A stretch of DNA of 52,528 nucleotides, taken from NCBI GenBank assembly GCA_029549715.1, contig JAKPIQ010000193.1:1-52528 (forward strand), in the 5' to 3' direction. Below, piece by piece: positions 37,807 to 46,022 of the stretch; within the stretch, counting starts at the first letter, position 1, and each line of letters begins with the position of its first letter. The DNA is from Candidatus Atribacteria bacterium. Its GTDB lineage: Bacteria > Atribacterota > Atribacteria > Atribacterales > Caldatribacteriaceae. Below the pieces are notes generated by a model. That model was given only the letters and a program-made list of their open reading frames with translations. It was not told the DNA's origin and searched no databases. The translations under genes were made by a program, and so were the position numbers.

Positions 37807-38649
37807 TCACCATTCTAAGGTTCTCTGACGAAAAACATGACAACTACATACCAAACCCACTGGAAAGCTGGCTATATGACAGGGATAGGTTTCTATTCTA
37901 ACTTCCAGACAGGTAGTTCTCCCTCCCACTCCTTGAGGACCGATCCCCAAACGGTTGATATCTTCCCGCCACTTCTCTTCCAATTCCCGATAGCGAGGGT
38001 CAGGGTTGGCCTCTCCCAGGGGACGAGATAAAGCTCGAGAGGCAAGGTAAAGGGCATACGGAGCATTGCCTCCTATTCCCACTCCCACCACAAGGGGAGG
38101 ACAGGCTTGCCCTCCTTTTTTATCTAATTCCCTGAGGATAAATCTTTCCACCTCTTCTGGTTTACTACCTGGCTCTAAAATTCCCAGAGAGCTAATATTA
38201 TCACATCCTCCGCCTTTAACCAGAAGATCTATGCGAAGTCCGTCTCCCTCCTGTAGCTCAAAGAAATAAACTCCGGGGGTATTATCCCCGGTATTTTTAC
38301 CCCAAAAAGGGTCCGATATTATGGACTTTCGAAAGTAGTTGTTCTTATAAGCTCTTCTTATAGCTTCATCCAGTGCCTGGCGCAAACTTCCTCCTTTAAT
38401 TCTTACCTCTTCTCCTTTTTCTACTTTGGCCATTACCATACCTGTATCCTGGCACAGGGGAAGACGCCGTTCTTCTGCCACCACATAGTTTTCCATTATC
38501 TGGGATAGCATTTCCTGCCCTAAATCGTTATCCTCCTTTGCCAGAACCTCTAACATTTTCTCTCTCAGTAGCTGGGAACTAATGATATTTATCTCTTGTA
38601 GCGCTCTTTCCACTTCCTGTACTATTTCCTGAAATTCTAATTCTTTCAT
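37807..38649 (-). CDS. Class I (Fe-S) fumarate hydratase / tartrate dehydratase, alpha subunit
   Basis: 280 aa with the PLCQDTGM cluster-ligand motif, GGGCDN, and CPPLVVGVGIGG. Confidence 0.85.
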   Translation of the reverse strand: MKELEFQEIVQEVERALQEINIISSQLLREKMLEVLAKEDNDLGQEMLSQIMENYVVAEERRLPLCQDTGMVMAKVEKGEEVRIKGGSLRQALDEAIRRAYKNNYFRKSIISDPFWGKNTGDNTPGVYFFELQEGDGLRIDLLVKGGGCDNISSLGILEPGSKPEEVERFILRELDKKGGQACPPLVVGVGIGGNAPYALYLASRALSRPLGEANPDPRYRELEEKWREDINRLGIGPQGVGGRTTCLEVRIETYPCHIASFPVGLVCSCHVFRQRTLEW

Positions 38650-39016
38650 CCTCTGCTTCCTCTTCGTAGTTTAATTTTTAAAACCACCCCGGCTCTGCTT
38701 TAATCCTCTCGTTTTGGTCCTTTATACTTCTTTATTAATATACTTATTATACTTATCGTAAATCTCCCCTATTTTCTCCCTGACCTCTTCCCAGAGGGAA
38801 AGCTCCGAGACCCAGGAATCTTCCCGAGCTTCCCGGGATTTTTAGCTTCAAGAATAACTGGAGCTCCTTCGGGAAACATGAGAACTCTCCCTTCCCCCTC
38901 CGGGTTTTTAGAAATTATAGAACAAGATAAATTCACTCCCAAAAAGGTCAAAGATATCAGTAATTCCCCATCACTTAAAATTCATTTAATACTTTGTAAA
39001 GCATTCTTATTTCAGG

Positions 39017-39042
39017 AGTAGGGGAGATAATTGTCTCCCCTA
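39017..39042 (-). terminator. Hairpin immediately downstream of the encapsulin gene
   Basis: GTAGGGGAGA (39017-39026), a 6-nt loop, then TCTCCCCTAC (39033-39042), 25 nt after the encapsulin stop. The U-tract is weak. Confidence 0.45.
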
Positions 39043-39066
39043 CGGAGTTACCAAGTAAATAATCCT

Positions 39067-39858
39067 TTATTCTTCCAAAACACCAATAGCTCGAGGCTCC
39101 CGGATGAGAGGAACTAGGGTTTCAGAAATATTGAACACCAGATTCCCTTCCTCAGGCCCGATAAATCCTATAGTCATGTCCTGGCCTACCACTAAACAAG
39201 CATAAATTCTATTGGCATCCAATATTACTCCTCCTTTTTTGAGGAAGGAAGCCTTCACCACTCCGTCTCCCACCATCCCCTTCAGGTGCTCCAGTTCCGT
39301 TTTAGCTCCCTGATGATAAATTCGCAAAAGGAGATTGTAGCGCTGCGGTGCTAAAGCCAGAGTATAAGGGCCATGAAACCCTGCCTCATCAAGGAGAGTG
39401 ATAGCTTGAATGATATCAGTCGCTGCCTGGCCTACCTCTTCCCAGGAAGATAATTTTATCTTTTGACTTTCCTCCCCAGTCAAAAGACCAGGAATGCCTT
39501 TCAGTCCTTGAAAAATAATCTCATCTTCCCGACAAGCACATTCCCGGGTAGCTTCAACAAGAGGTGTTAAATCTATAGCCGTCCCTTCTCGCTCATAATT
39601 AGCTAAATCTACCTTTCTCAACTGGAAAGATTTCTGAATCTCCACTAAAGGAAGAGCCTGGCTCAGCACAACTCCTTCTCCTCCCGAAATATTAGATAAG
39701 GGAACGAATTTCAGTCCTAAACCAAAAGGGCCTTCCCAGGGAAGAATCCGCCTTCCCGAAAGACAACTCTTAGCCACTTCCACCATAGTTTTATCTAATA
39801 ACTCCCACACCGGAGCAGTTAAAGGAGCATCTTCTCGACTCAGATATTTATTAGCCAT
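39067..39858 (-). CDS. Family 1 encapsulin shell protein (linocin M18-like, HK97 fold)
   Basis: 263 aa. It looks collinear with Thermotoga maritima encapsulin as I recall it: N-terminal LSREDAPLT...W..LD, GPYTLAL (compare GPYTLVI) and VVGQDMTIGF (compare ILGQDLSIGY). An AAAGGAGGG SD is present. It lies 13 nt after the ferritin-like cargo gene. Confidence 0.85.
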   Translation of the reverse strand: MANKYLSREDAPLTAPVWELLDKTMVEVAKSCLSGRRILPWEGPFGLGLKFVPLSNISGGEGVVLSQALPLVEIQKSFQLRKVDLANYEREGTAIDLTPLVEATRECACREDEIIFQGLKGIPGLLTGEESQKIKLSSWEEVGQAATDIIQAITLLDEAGFHGPYTLALAPQRYNLLLRIYHQGAKTELEHLKGMVGDGVVKASFLKKGGVILDANRIYACLVVGQDMTIGFIGPEEGNLVFNISETLVPLIREPRAIGVLEE

Positions 39859-39871
39859 TCTCGCCCTCCTT

Positions 39872-40231
39872 TCAGTTTTCTTTGAGAGGTCCCACGGTGG
39901 GAAATTCTCCCTCTACAGTTTTTCTCTCCTGATACAGTTCTTCTCGCATCTCCTCCACCTCTTGTTTCCCCTCCGCCAGGAACTGGTTTTCATCCTGAGT
40001 AAGAATTTGCAATAAATGTAAAAACTCACCAGCATGAACCCGTTCTTCATCAGCAATGTCGAGGAGAACTTTTTTAGCCAGTGGGTGGTCGGTAGCATCG
40101 GCTTGAGCAGTATAAAGATGAATAGCTTCTTCTTCTGCTGCTATACTCAGACGAATAGCCCGGATAAGCTCTGGTAAAGTCATTTTCTTATCAGGAGCTA
40201 AACCACTGAAGGGATTTAAAAACTCAGCCAT
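39872..40231 (-). CDS. Encapsulated ferritin-like protein (EncFtn/Flp) cargo with a C-terminal encapsulin targeting peptide
   Basis: 119 aa with two ExxH di-iron motifs (EEEAIHLY and DEERVHAGEF). The C-terminal tail is EGEFPTVGPLKEN (TVGPLKEN encoded at 39875-39898). It resembles the (T/S)(V/L/I)GSL(K/R) targeting consensus. Confidence 0.8.
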   Translation of the reverse strand: MAEFLNPFSGLAPDKKMTLPELIRAIRLSIAAEEEAIHLYTAQADATDHPLAKKVLLDIADEERVHAGEFLHLLQILTQDENQFLAEGKQEVEEMREELYQERKTVEGEFPTVGPLKEN

Positions 40232-40260
40232 TTTATTACCTCCTTTGAAGCTTTTGATTT

Positions 40261-40269
40261 ATTTTACCA
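40261..40269 (-). promoter_or_regulatory. Extended -10 promoter element (TGGTAAAAT) for the Flp-encapsulin operon
   Basis: The minus strand reads TGGTAAAAT about 30 nt upstream of the Flp ATG (40231). The AAAGGAGG SD follows. Confidence 0.45.
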
Positions 40270-40469
40270 TAGCAAAGTTAAATCTTTTTTATCGCCACTT
40301 TTTTCTTTATCTTTTCTGCTTCTTTTCTCTACTCCTCCACAGCGCATTTTTTCCAGTTCCCCATACCAGCGAGAAAAGGCGGCCTTCTTCCAGGATAAAA
40401 ATATTTCCCCCTTCTCCTAATTTTTAGCTCTCTCCATATCACCACTTCCCGAAAATGCTGCAATTAGCG

Positions 40470-41813
40470 CTATTGTCCAAATTGTCGAAGCAATTGAGAA
40501 GTAGACCTCTTACCTATCTCTCTTATTGCTTCTTTCTGGCAGGGAGTATTTTTCCCCAAAGAGGCAAAAAACTGGTTTCTCCCTCGCCGGCTGGAGAAAT
40601 TTTCCCTGGCCCAACCGCTCGTGTAACCTCGCTGGGAGCTCATTTCCATAACCACATGTCCCCATAGAGTCCAGGCACTCTCCAGAAAATAAGGAGCCAG
40701 AGGTCTGAGATAGGGAGAGTCAAAGTCATCAACCAACTTCTGTCCGTAGCGGTTAAGCTCTGTTCCCACAAAAACAGGCATATCTCTTTTTTGTGTCTCT
40801 TCTACTATTTCATAGAGTTTGGCCACCTTTATCTTTCTTTCTTCTTCACAAGAGATATTCCAGGCCCGGTCGGGAATGAGAAACAAAGTCTCTATGCCAT
40901 TAGCCAGACAAAATTCCAGGAGCATTTCTGGATCTCTTTCTCCGCTATTAGTTCCATCCAACCAGGAAAAGGAAGGTATGGCTCCTAACCCCCCAATCAG
41001 TTTATTAACTTCTGCTCGAGAGGGGAAATCCCCGCTATCGGGCTTTACATAACCCACTCCCCCGAATTTAATCAGTTTGCTGCGAATAAAATCATAAAAA
41101 GTGGCTTTATCCTCGAGGAGCTTTTTAACTTCTTCTTTTCCCAGGCCCAATTTTTCCCCCCAGAACTCTGCTCTCTCTTGCGCAGAAGGAATAACAACTT
41201 CACTTTTCAGGGCATAAGCAAGAACTATATGCCTCTCAGTGGGATTACCCGAGGGAGTAAGAGGTAAAACATCTTGTTGGTAGTCAATGCGCACTTTATC
41301 TAAGTAAGCATTAACTTTTTCTATTACCTTTTGATTTCTGGCCTGAGCGACTTTTTTCAGATGTAGGAGAATTTGATCTATCTCACTGCCTTTGTCGGGA
41401 AGGCGAGTAAAACCGTTACCCATGTAATAGGCCACCCCCGGTTCATGGGGGGAACTGAATTCTTTATCGGGAAACTCAGGAAGATAAATCCGAGTTTCAA
41501 GCCCTGAAGAGAATGGTAAACCCACCTCCAGCGCTCCCCGTTGAAACTCAGGCACCGCATCGAGAACATCAAAATCTACACTTCCAGCCATGCTTAAACC
41601 AATTTCTTTAGCCTTCCAGACGACGTGAAGAGGGGAATAGCCATAGGCATTAAAGGAAAAGAAGGTGTGAAAATGAAGGTTAACCCGAGGGGAAGGAGGA
41701 GGAAAGGTTATCTCCCCTTTGTTCACTTTTTCCACTAACTTAGAAAAGGCATTCCAGCGCTCTTCATAATCAAAACTATCCAGCTTTTCTTCCCAGTATT
41801 GAATATCGTCCAT
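40470..41813 (-). CDS. PHP (polymerase/histidinol phosphatase) domain metal-dependent phosphoesterase-like protein
   Basis: 447 aa. VNLHFHTFFSFNAYGYSP...GSVDFDVLD is the N-terminal PHP His/Asp motif pattern. An AAAGGAG SD is present. Confidence 0.6.
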   Translation of the reverse strand: MDDIQYWEEKLDSFDYEERWNAFSKLVEKVNKGEITFPPPSPRVNLHFHTFFSFNAYGYSPLHVVWKAKEIGLSMAGSVDFDVLDAVPEFQRGALEVGLPFSSGLETRIYLPEFPDKEFSSPHEPGVAYYMGNGFTRLPDKGSEIDQILLHLKKVAQARNQKVIEKVNAYLDKVRIDYQQDVLPLTPSGNPTERHIVLAYALKSEVVIPSAQERAEFWGEKLGLGKEEVKKLLEDKATFYDFIRSKLIKFGGVGYVKPDSGDFPSRAEVNKLIGGLGAIPSFSWLDGTNSGERDPEMLLEFCLANGIETLFLIPDRAWNISCEEERKIKVAKLYEIVEETQKRDMPVFVGTELNRYGQKLVDDFDSPYLRPLAPYFLESAWTLWGHVVMEMSSQRGYTSGWARENFSSRRGRNQFFASLGKNTPCQKEAIREIGKRSTSQLLRQFGQ

Positions 41814-41833
41814 AGCTTGCTCCTTTATTTCTA

Positions 41834-43009
41834 TTATTCTTTTTGATAACTACCAAAAACCGGGACGTTTTCTTTACCCATTTTAGCTAACCACTGCTGA
41901 AATAAAAACATTAAAACCAGAAATACAGGTATAAAAACCATAGTCAATCGCAAACCAAAAGCCGTCCCCACCACTCCTCCCAGCCAGGGAAACAATAGAC
42001 TACCCAAACTACTATTAAATAAAACCCAGCTGGAAGCAGTAGAAGTTACTTCCGGAAAAGTAGCAATAGCATAAGAAATAGTGGTAGGTATCAAAGTAGA
42101 GAGCATAAAACCAGCCCCAAAAAGCAAAATCAAAGCCCAGGTAGGATGAAAAGGCAAAAACAAAAATAGAGAGGTAAACACTATCCCCCCTAAAGCATTA
42201 AGGCGAATGATATTGAGATGCCCGATTTTATCCGAAACTTGAGAAAGGATAAGTCTGCCGAGAAGCAATCCCAACCAGAAATAAGATAGGAAAATGGCTC
42301 CTTCTCCTCTTGGTATTCCTCCTTCTTCCAGATAAGAAACTAACCATCCATTTAGAGTATTCACTCCCCCAGCATAAAAAAGAGTAGTGAAACCCATGAC
42401 CCACAGTACTGGCTGCTTAAATACTCCCCATAATTCCCCGAATTGAGAAGGCTGATTTTTGCGAGGAATAAAGGGAAAGAGAAAAATAACCAAAGTTACC
42501 AGAGCAAAAAGAGTTAGTATGTAGTAAAGATTCCGCCAGCCATAGCCCTCTATCACTAAAAAGGAATAAAGACGAGGAGCAGTCAAAGATCCCAGTCCAA
42601 AAAAAGCGTGAATGATATTTAAGGTACCGGCTGGTTTTTCAGTAAAGATACTGGTAGCCACAGGGTTAACCATGGCATCAACAAATCCCAACCCCACTCC
42701 CATGAGGAGAAAAGAAGCCATCACCAGAGAAAAAGAAGGAAAAAAGGAAATCCCCCCAAAGCCAACCAGAGACAGGAAAATTCCCCATCTCAAAATGGAA
42801 ACCTGATTGATCATATCTCCTAAAATTCCAGCAATAAAAATAGAGAGTAAATGTCCCAAACCATGGAATAAGAAAACTCTCCCCACCACCGAATAAGGAA
42901 CCGAAAAGTGCTGAGCCATCTCTGGAATTATCACTCCCATACCCGAAAGACCCAAACCGATCATTATGAGAGCCAGAAAGAAAGGAATTAACAAAAACTG
43001 CTTTTTCAA
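41834..43009 (-). CDS. Major facilitator superfamily transporter
   Basis: 391 aa with about 12 hydrophobic helices in two six-helix halves. Start is a TTG with an AGGGGTGGA SD. Confidence 0.75.
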   Translation of the reverse strand: MKKQFLLIPFFLALIMIGLGLSGMGVIIPEMAQHFSVPYSVVGRVFLFHGLGHLLSIFIAGILGDMINQVSILRWGIFLSLVGFGGISFFPSFSLVMASFLLMGVGLGFVDAMVNPVATSIFTEKPAGTLNIIHAFFGLGSLTAPRLYSFLVIEGYGWRNLYYILTLFALVTLVIFLFPFIPRKNQPSQFGELWGVFKQPVLWVMGFTTLFYAGGVNTLNGWLVSYLEEGGIPRGEGAIFLSYFWLGLLLGRLILSQVSDKIGHLNIIRLNALGGIVFTSLFLFLPFHPTWALILLFGAGFMLSTLIPTTISYAIATFPEVTSTASSWVLFNSSLGSLLFPWLGGVVGTAFGLRLTMVFIPVFLVLMFLFQQWLAKMGKENVPVFGSYQKE

Positions 43010-43066
43010 TTTTTATCCACCCCTTTGCGCTATTTTTTCCGAGTATCCGTATATTATGGTGCTTTA

Positions 43067-43096
43067 GGGGCTTATACTCTTCAGAAAGTATAAGCC
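43067..43096 (-). terminator. Hairpin downstream of the lipoprotein gene
   Basis: GGGCTTATACT (43067-43077), an 8-nt loop, then AGTATAAGCCC (43086-43096): a perfect 11-bp stem. There is no strong U-tract. Confidence 0.4.
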
Positions 43097-43176
43097 CTTC
43101 CTTATCCAGGCCAAAAAAAACAGAGTTTGCTACGAAAAGTATCTTCTCCGCTTCTAAAAACCCCCTGCCTTTCCGC

Positions 43177-43596
43177 TCAAATGGGGAGAGATTGAACCAC
43201 TACCTTTTGACCATCAATCTCCAGTTGCAACTCTAAGTTAATATCAGGATAAAAGAGAGGAGCCTTCACCCGGCAAGTTATTTTCTGACAACCTATACAC
43301 TCTATGCAAACTCCTTCTTCTCGCTCTACTTTTATATCAACTTCAATTTCATTTTCTCGCTGCCGAGCAGAAACAGATTTTATCAGATAACAAGGAACGG
43401 GAGTAGAAAAAATAGCAGTAACCACGATATCCTCCCCCTCCCAGATAGCAACGATAGACTCTTTCTCTAAAGCAAGGCATCTTTTTTCATGTTCAACTAT
43501 CTCTGTATCTAAGGAACTCCAGTCTCCACTTGTGCATCCGGTCAAAAGGACCAAGAAGATCCAAATTACTCCCCCCACCATTAATTTTTTCTTCAT
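43177..43596 (-). CDS. Cys-rich lipoprotein of unknown function
   Basis: Signal peptide with lipobox: MKKKLMVGGVIWIFLVLLTGC. The mature part carries several Cys residues (CIECIGCQKITC). A GGGAGGA SD lies 7 nt upstream. Confidence 0.65.
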   Translation of the reverse strand: MKKKLMVGGVIWIFLVLLTGCTSGDWSSLDTEIVEHEKRCLALEKESIVAIWEGEDIVVTAIFSTPVPCYLIKSVSARQRENEIEVDIKVEREEGVCIECIGCQKITCRVKAPLFYPDINLELQLEIDGQKVVVQSLPI

Positions 43597-44164
43597 CGGT
43601 CATTCCTCCCTAACTGATATGAATATATTTTCCACAATGAATATAACACAACAAGAGTCTCCCGGACCAAAAAACAGGTAAAAATAAAATCATTCTTGCT
43701 AGAATTAAGAGATAAATCTTCCCAAGCGGCAGTAGAGAAATCGAAGATCTGGAAAGGTAGCCAAAAGCTGGCAGTAACTTTCCCGGCATTAACGGTAAAA
43801 TTTTAAAGTCCTGTAACAATTCCTGATCCCAGGAGCTTTACAATCTCCTCTACCCCAACCCTCTAACTATTATCATCGCTGCAGTGGACGGGGCCTGAAA
43901 AATTTGGAAATTTTAGCTCCTCGGATTTCCGGGGGCAGAAAATTATCCCCCCTGAATTGTACTTTTGAAAAACAGCCGCTGCTCATACCCAGGGAAAAGT
44001 TTCGGGGCCAGATAGGAAAAGGATAAAAAGTAAAGGTTTCTAAGTCCCGCTTGAGATGGTAAGTAGGGAAAAAGGAAATTCGACCGGGAATACTAATGCA
44101 AAATTGGTTTAAAAGGTGCAAAGAGAAGGGACGACGGTGATTTTTAACCCAGGTAACCCCGCTA

Positions 44165-44193
44165 TTGGAAAATATGCCAAATTATCTTACAAT
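44165..44193 (+). promoter_or_regulatory. Sigma-70-type promoter for the DUF2330-like gene
   Basis: TTGGAA (44165-44170), a 17-nt spacer, then TACAAT (44188-44193), 32 nt upstream of the ATG at 44226. Confidence 0.5.
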
Positions 44194-44225
44194 ATAGTAG
44201 GTAATGGAATAGAAAGGAGTAAAAA

Positions 44226-45152
44226 ATGAAATTTACTTGGGTGATGATATTTATCTCCTTTCTCATGATTTGGGCTCCTCCCGCATGCGCTGACATGGGA
44301 GCTATAGTTCCACTAACAGGCGCGAAAGTTGCAGAAATAGCTCAAAAAGCCATCGTCGCCCATGATGGTTTTGAGGAAATTCTCATTCTTTCTACTGACC
44401 TTGTCACCTCTCAAAACACTCCTATTTTGCGCCTCATTCCCTTCCCCTCCCTCCCCACCATAATAGAAATAGATAATGAGATATGGGAAAGGCTTTCTCA
44501 TATCTGTGAAAAACACAACTTGCAATACTTAATATCCTATAGGGGAGGAGAAAAGGGAGAAAAGGTAACCGTGGAATATCAGACCAGCCAGGGAGCACAT
44601 GAAATTACAGTAGTAAAAGCGGATGATAGTGAAGAATTTCTGGAATGGGTTACAAATTTTCTGCTGCAGAATAACCTTCCCCCCCTTCCTCAGGAAGAAA
44701 AACTCCAGAATTTAGTTGATGATTACCTACAAAGAGGGATAAATTACTTTGTACTGGATGTGGTAAATTTTCAAAAAAACAGAGAGAAAGTTGAGCCGGT
44801 AGGGTATGCTTTTCTCTCCCGGAATTTCTATTACCCGGTAAAAATTTCTAACCTTTTTGAAAGTAGCGGAGAGATAGAGCTCTTTGTTCTTTCTGACCGG
44901 GGGGAAATATTAGAGAGCTTAATAAGTTTTTGGCCAGGATGGAGTGGAGGAGGACTTTCCTCTACTGCCATACTTTCTGAAGAAGATGTAGAATTTTTAC
45001 ATCCTGAAATCCGTCGCTTGTTAGGTAAAAGAGGAGTGTTATGTGCTTTTCGCCATCCTCGTTTTCAGGAATTAGAAGAAGACATAATCTTTGAGATTCC
45101 TGTCCAGGAAATAAAGCCTCAGGAATCCTTTCCATTTATTAAAAAGAATTGA
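44226..45152 (+). CDS. Secreted protein, DUF2330-like
   Basis: Signal peptide MKFTWVMIFISFLMIWAPPACA. The pattern QKAIVAHDGFEEILILS...ITVVKADDSEEFLEWV...LPPLP...YLQRGINYFVLDV...YYPVKISNL resembles DUF2330 as I recall it. An AAAGGAG SD is present. Confidence 0.5.
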   Translation: MKFTWVMIFISFLMIWAPPACADMGAIVPLTGAKVAEIAQKAIVAHDGFEEILILSTDLVTSQNTPILRLIPFPSLPTIIEIDNEIWERLSHICEKHNLQYLISYRGGEKGEKVTVEYQTSQGAHEITVVKADDSEEFLEWVTNFLLQNNLPPLPQEEKLQNLVDDYLQRGINYFVLDVVNFQKNREKVEPVGYAFLSRNFYYPVKISNLFESSGEIELFVLSDRGEILESLISFWPGWSGGGLSSTAILSEEDVEFLHPEIRRLLGKRGVLCAFRHPRFQELEEDIIFEIPVQEIKPQESFPFIKKN

Positions 45153-45161
45153 GGGAGAAAA

Positions 45162-46022
45162 ATGCTTTTACAAACTTTTTGTCATGTTCCCGGTATCGGA
45201 GAAAAAATAGAAAGGAGAATCTGGCAAGAGGGGATTACTAACTGGCAAGAAGCTTTAGACTACCCTAATTTAGAAAAAGTTATTCCTTATCCCCGCTCCA
45301 CGCGTTCTTTCCTCTATCGCTCTTTGCAAAAGTTAGAAGAAGGAGACCCCCGCTTTTTTAAAGACCACCTAGACAGTCGCGACCACTGGAGGCTGTTTCC
45401 TCAGTTTCAAAATGATACTGTATTTCTGGATATTGAAACTACGGGCTTGAACCCCCCTCAAGACTATGTCACCGCCATAACCATTTTCGATGGGAAAAGG
45501 ATAAAAACTTTCATCCAGGGAATTAATCTACCGGAGTTTAAGGAAGAAATTATGAAATACAAAGTAATTGTGACTTTTAATGGCAAATGTTTTGATATCC
45601 CCTTTCTGGAACAACATTTAGGAATGAAATTTCCCCACCTGCATTTAGATCTTCGCTTCATTCTCCGCAGCTTAGGTTTTCGAGGAGGACTAAAAGCTTG
45701 CGAGAAAGCCATAGGTATCGATAGAGGAGAGCTACGAGGAGTAAATGGTTATACCGCGGTATTGCTATGGCAAAAATACCGGGAGGGATGCCTGGAGGCC
45801 CTAGAAACACTTCTGGCTTATAATGTCGTGGATACAGTGAACCTGGAAAAACTAATGGTGTTCGCCTACAACGAAAAACTACGAAATTATCCCTTTCCCC
45901 ACCTTGCTCTTTCCCTCCCCCCCAAAAAAATTATTACCCCTTATCAAGTTCATCCAGAAATACTGCAAGAAATAAACCATGAATACTGGCGTGCCATTTC
46001 CCAAAAGGAGGTAAAAGTGTGA
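45162..46022 (+). CDS. RNase H-like fold 3'-5' exonuclease, YprB family
   Basis: 286 aa with [10 protein letters not shown] (DEDD exonuclease motif I), [13 protein letters not shown] and [19 protein letters not shown] is present. Confidence 0.6.
   Translation: MLLQTFCHVPGIGEKIERRIWQEGITNWQEALDYPNLEKVIPYPRSTRSFLYRSLQKLEEGDPRFFKDHLDSRDHWRLFPQFQNDTVFLDIETTGLNPPQDYVTAITIFDGKRIKTFIQGINLPEFKEEIMKYKVIVTFNGKCFDIPFLEQHLGMKFPHLHLDLRFILRSLGFRGGLKACEKAIGIDRGELRGVNGYTAVLLWQKYREGCLEALETLLAYNVVDTVNLEKLMVFAYNEKLRNYPFPHLALSLPPKKIITPYQVHPEILQEINHEYWRAISQKEVKV

Noticed and set aside
40470-41813. PHP-domain protein as a possible second encapsulin cargo
   Set aside because: Its C-terminus (...STSQLLRQFGQ) has no TVGSL/GSLK-like targeting motif. 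A 238-nt gap containing the encapsulin operon's own promoter element separates it from that operon.
44065-44090. GGGAAAAAGGAAAUUCGACCGGGAAUAC resembles the 5' end of tmRNA (GGGG...GG.UUCGAC.GGG)
   Set aside because: Only about 135 nt remain before the next gene's start codon. No T-arm or CCA-proximal GGUUCGAAUCC-like sequence follows, and no tag reading frame is evident. I treat it as a chance resemblance.
43716-44200. One plus-strand frame gives protein-like peptide stretches interrupted by TAG/TGA/TAA. I considered a pseudogene or stop-codon recoding.
   Set aside because: The stop spacing of about 15-40 codons is close to what an AT-rich random sequence gives. TGA, TAA and TAG all serve as ordinary stops in neighbouring well-supported genes, so recoding is not supported. 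A pseudogene remains possible but is unproven.
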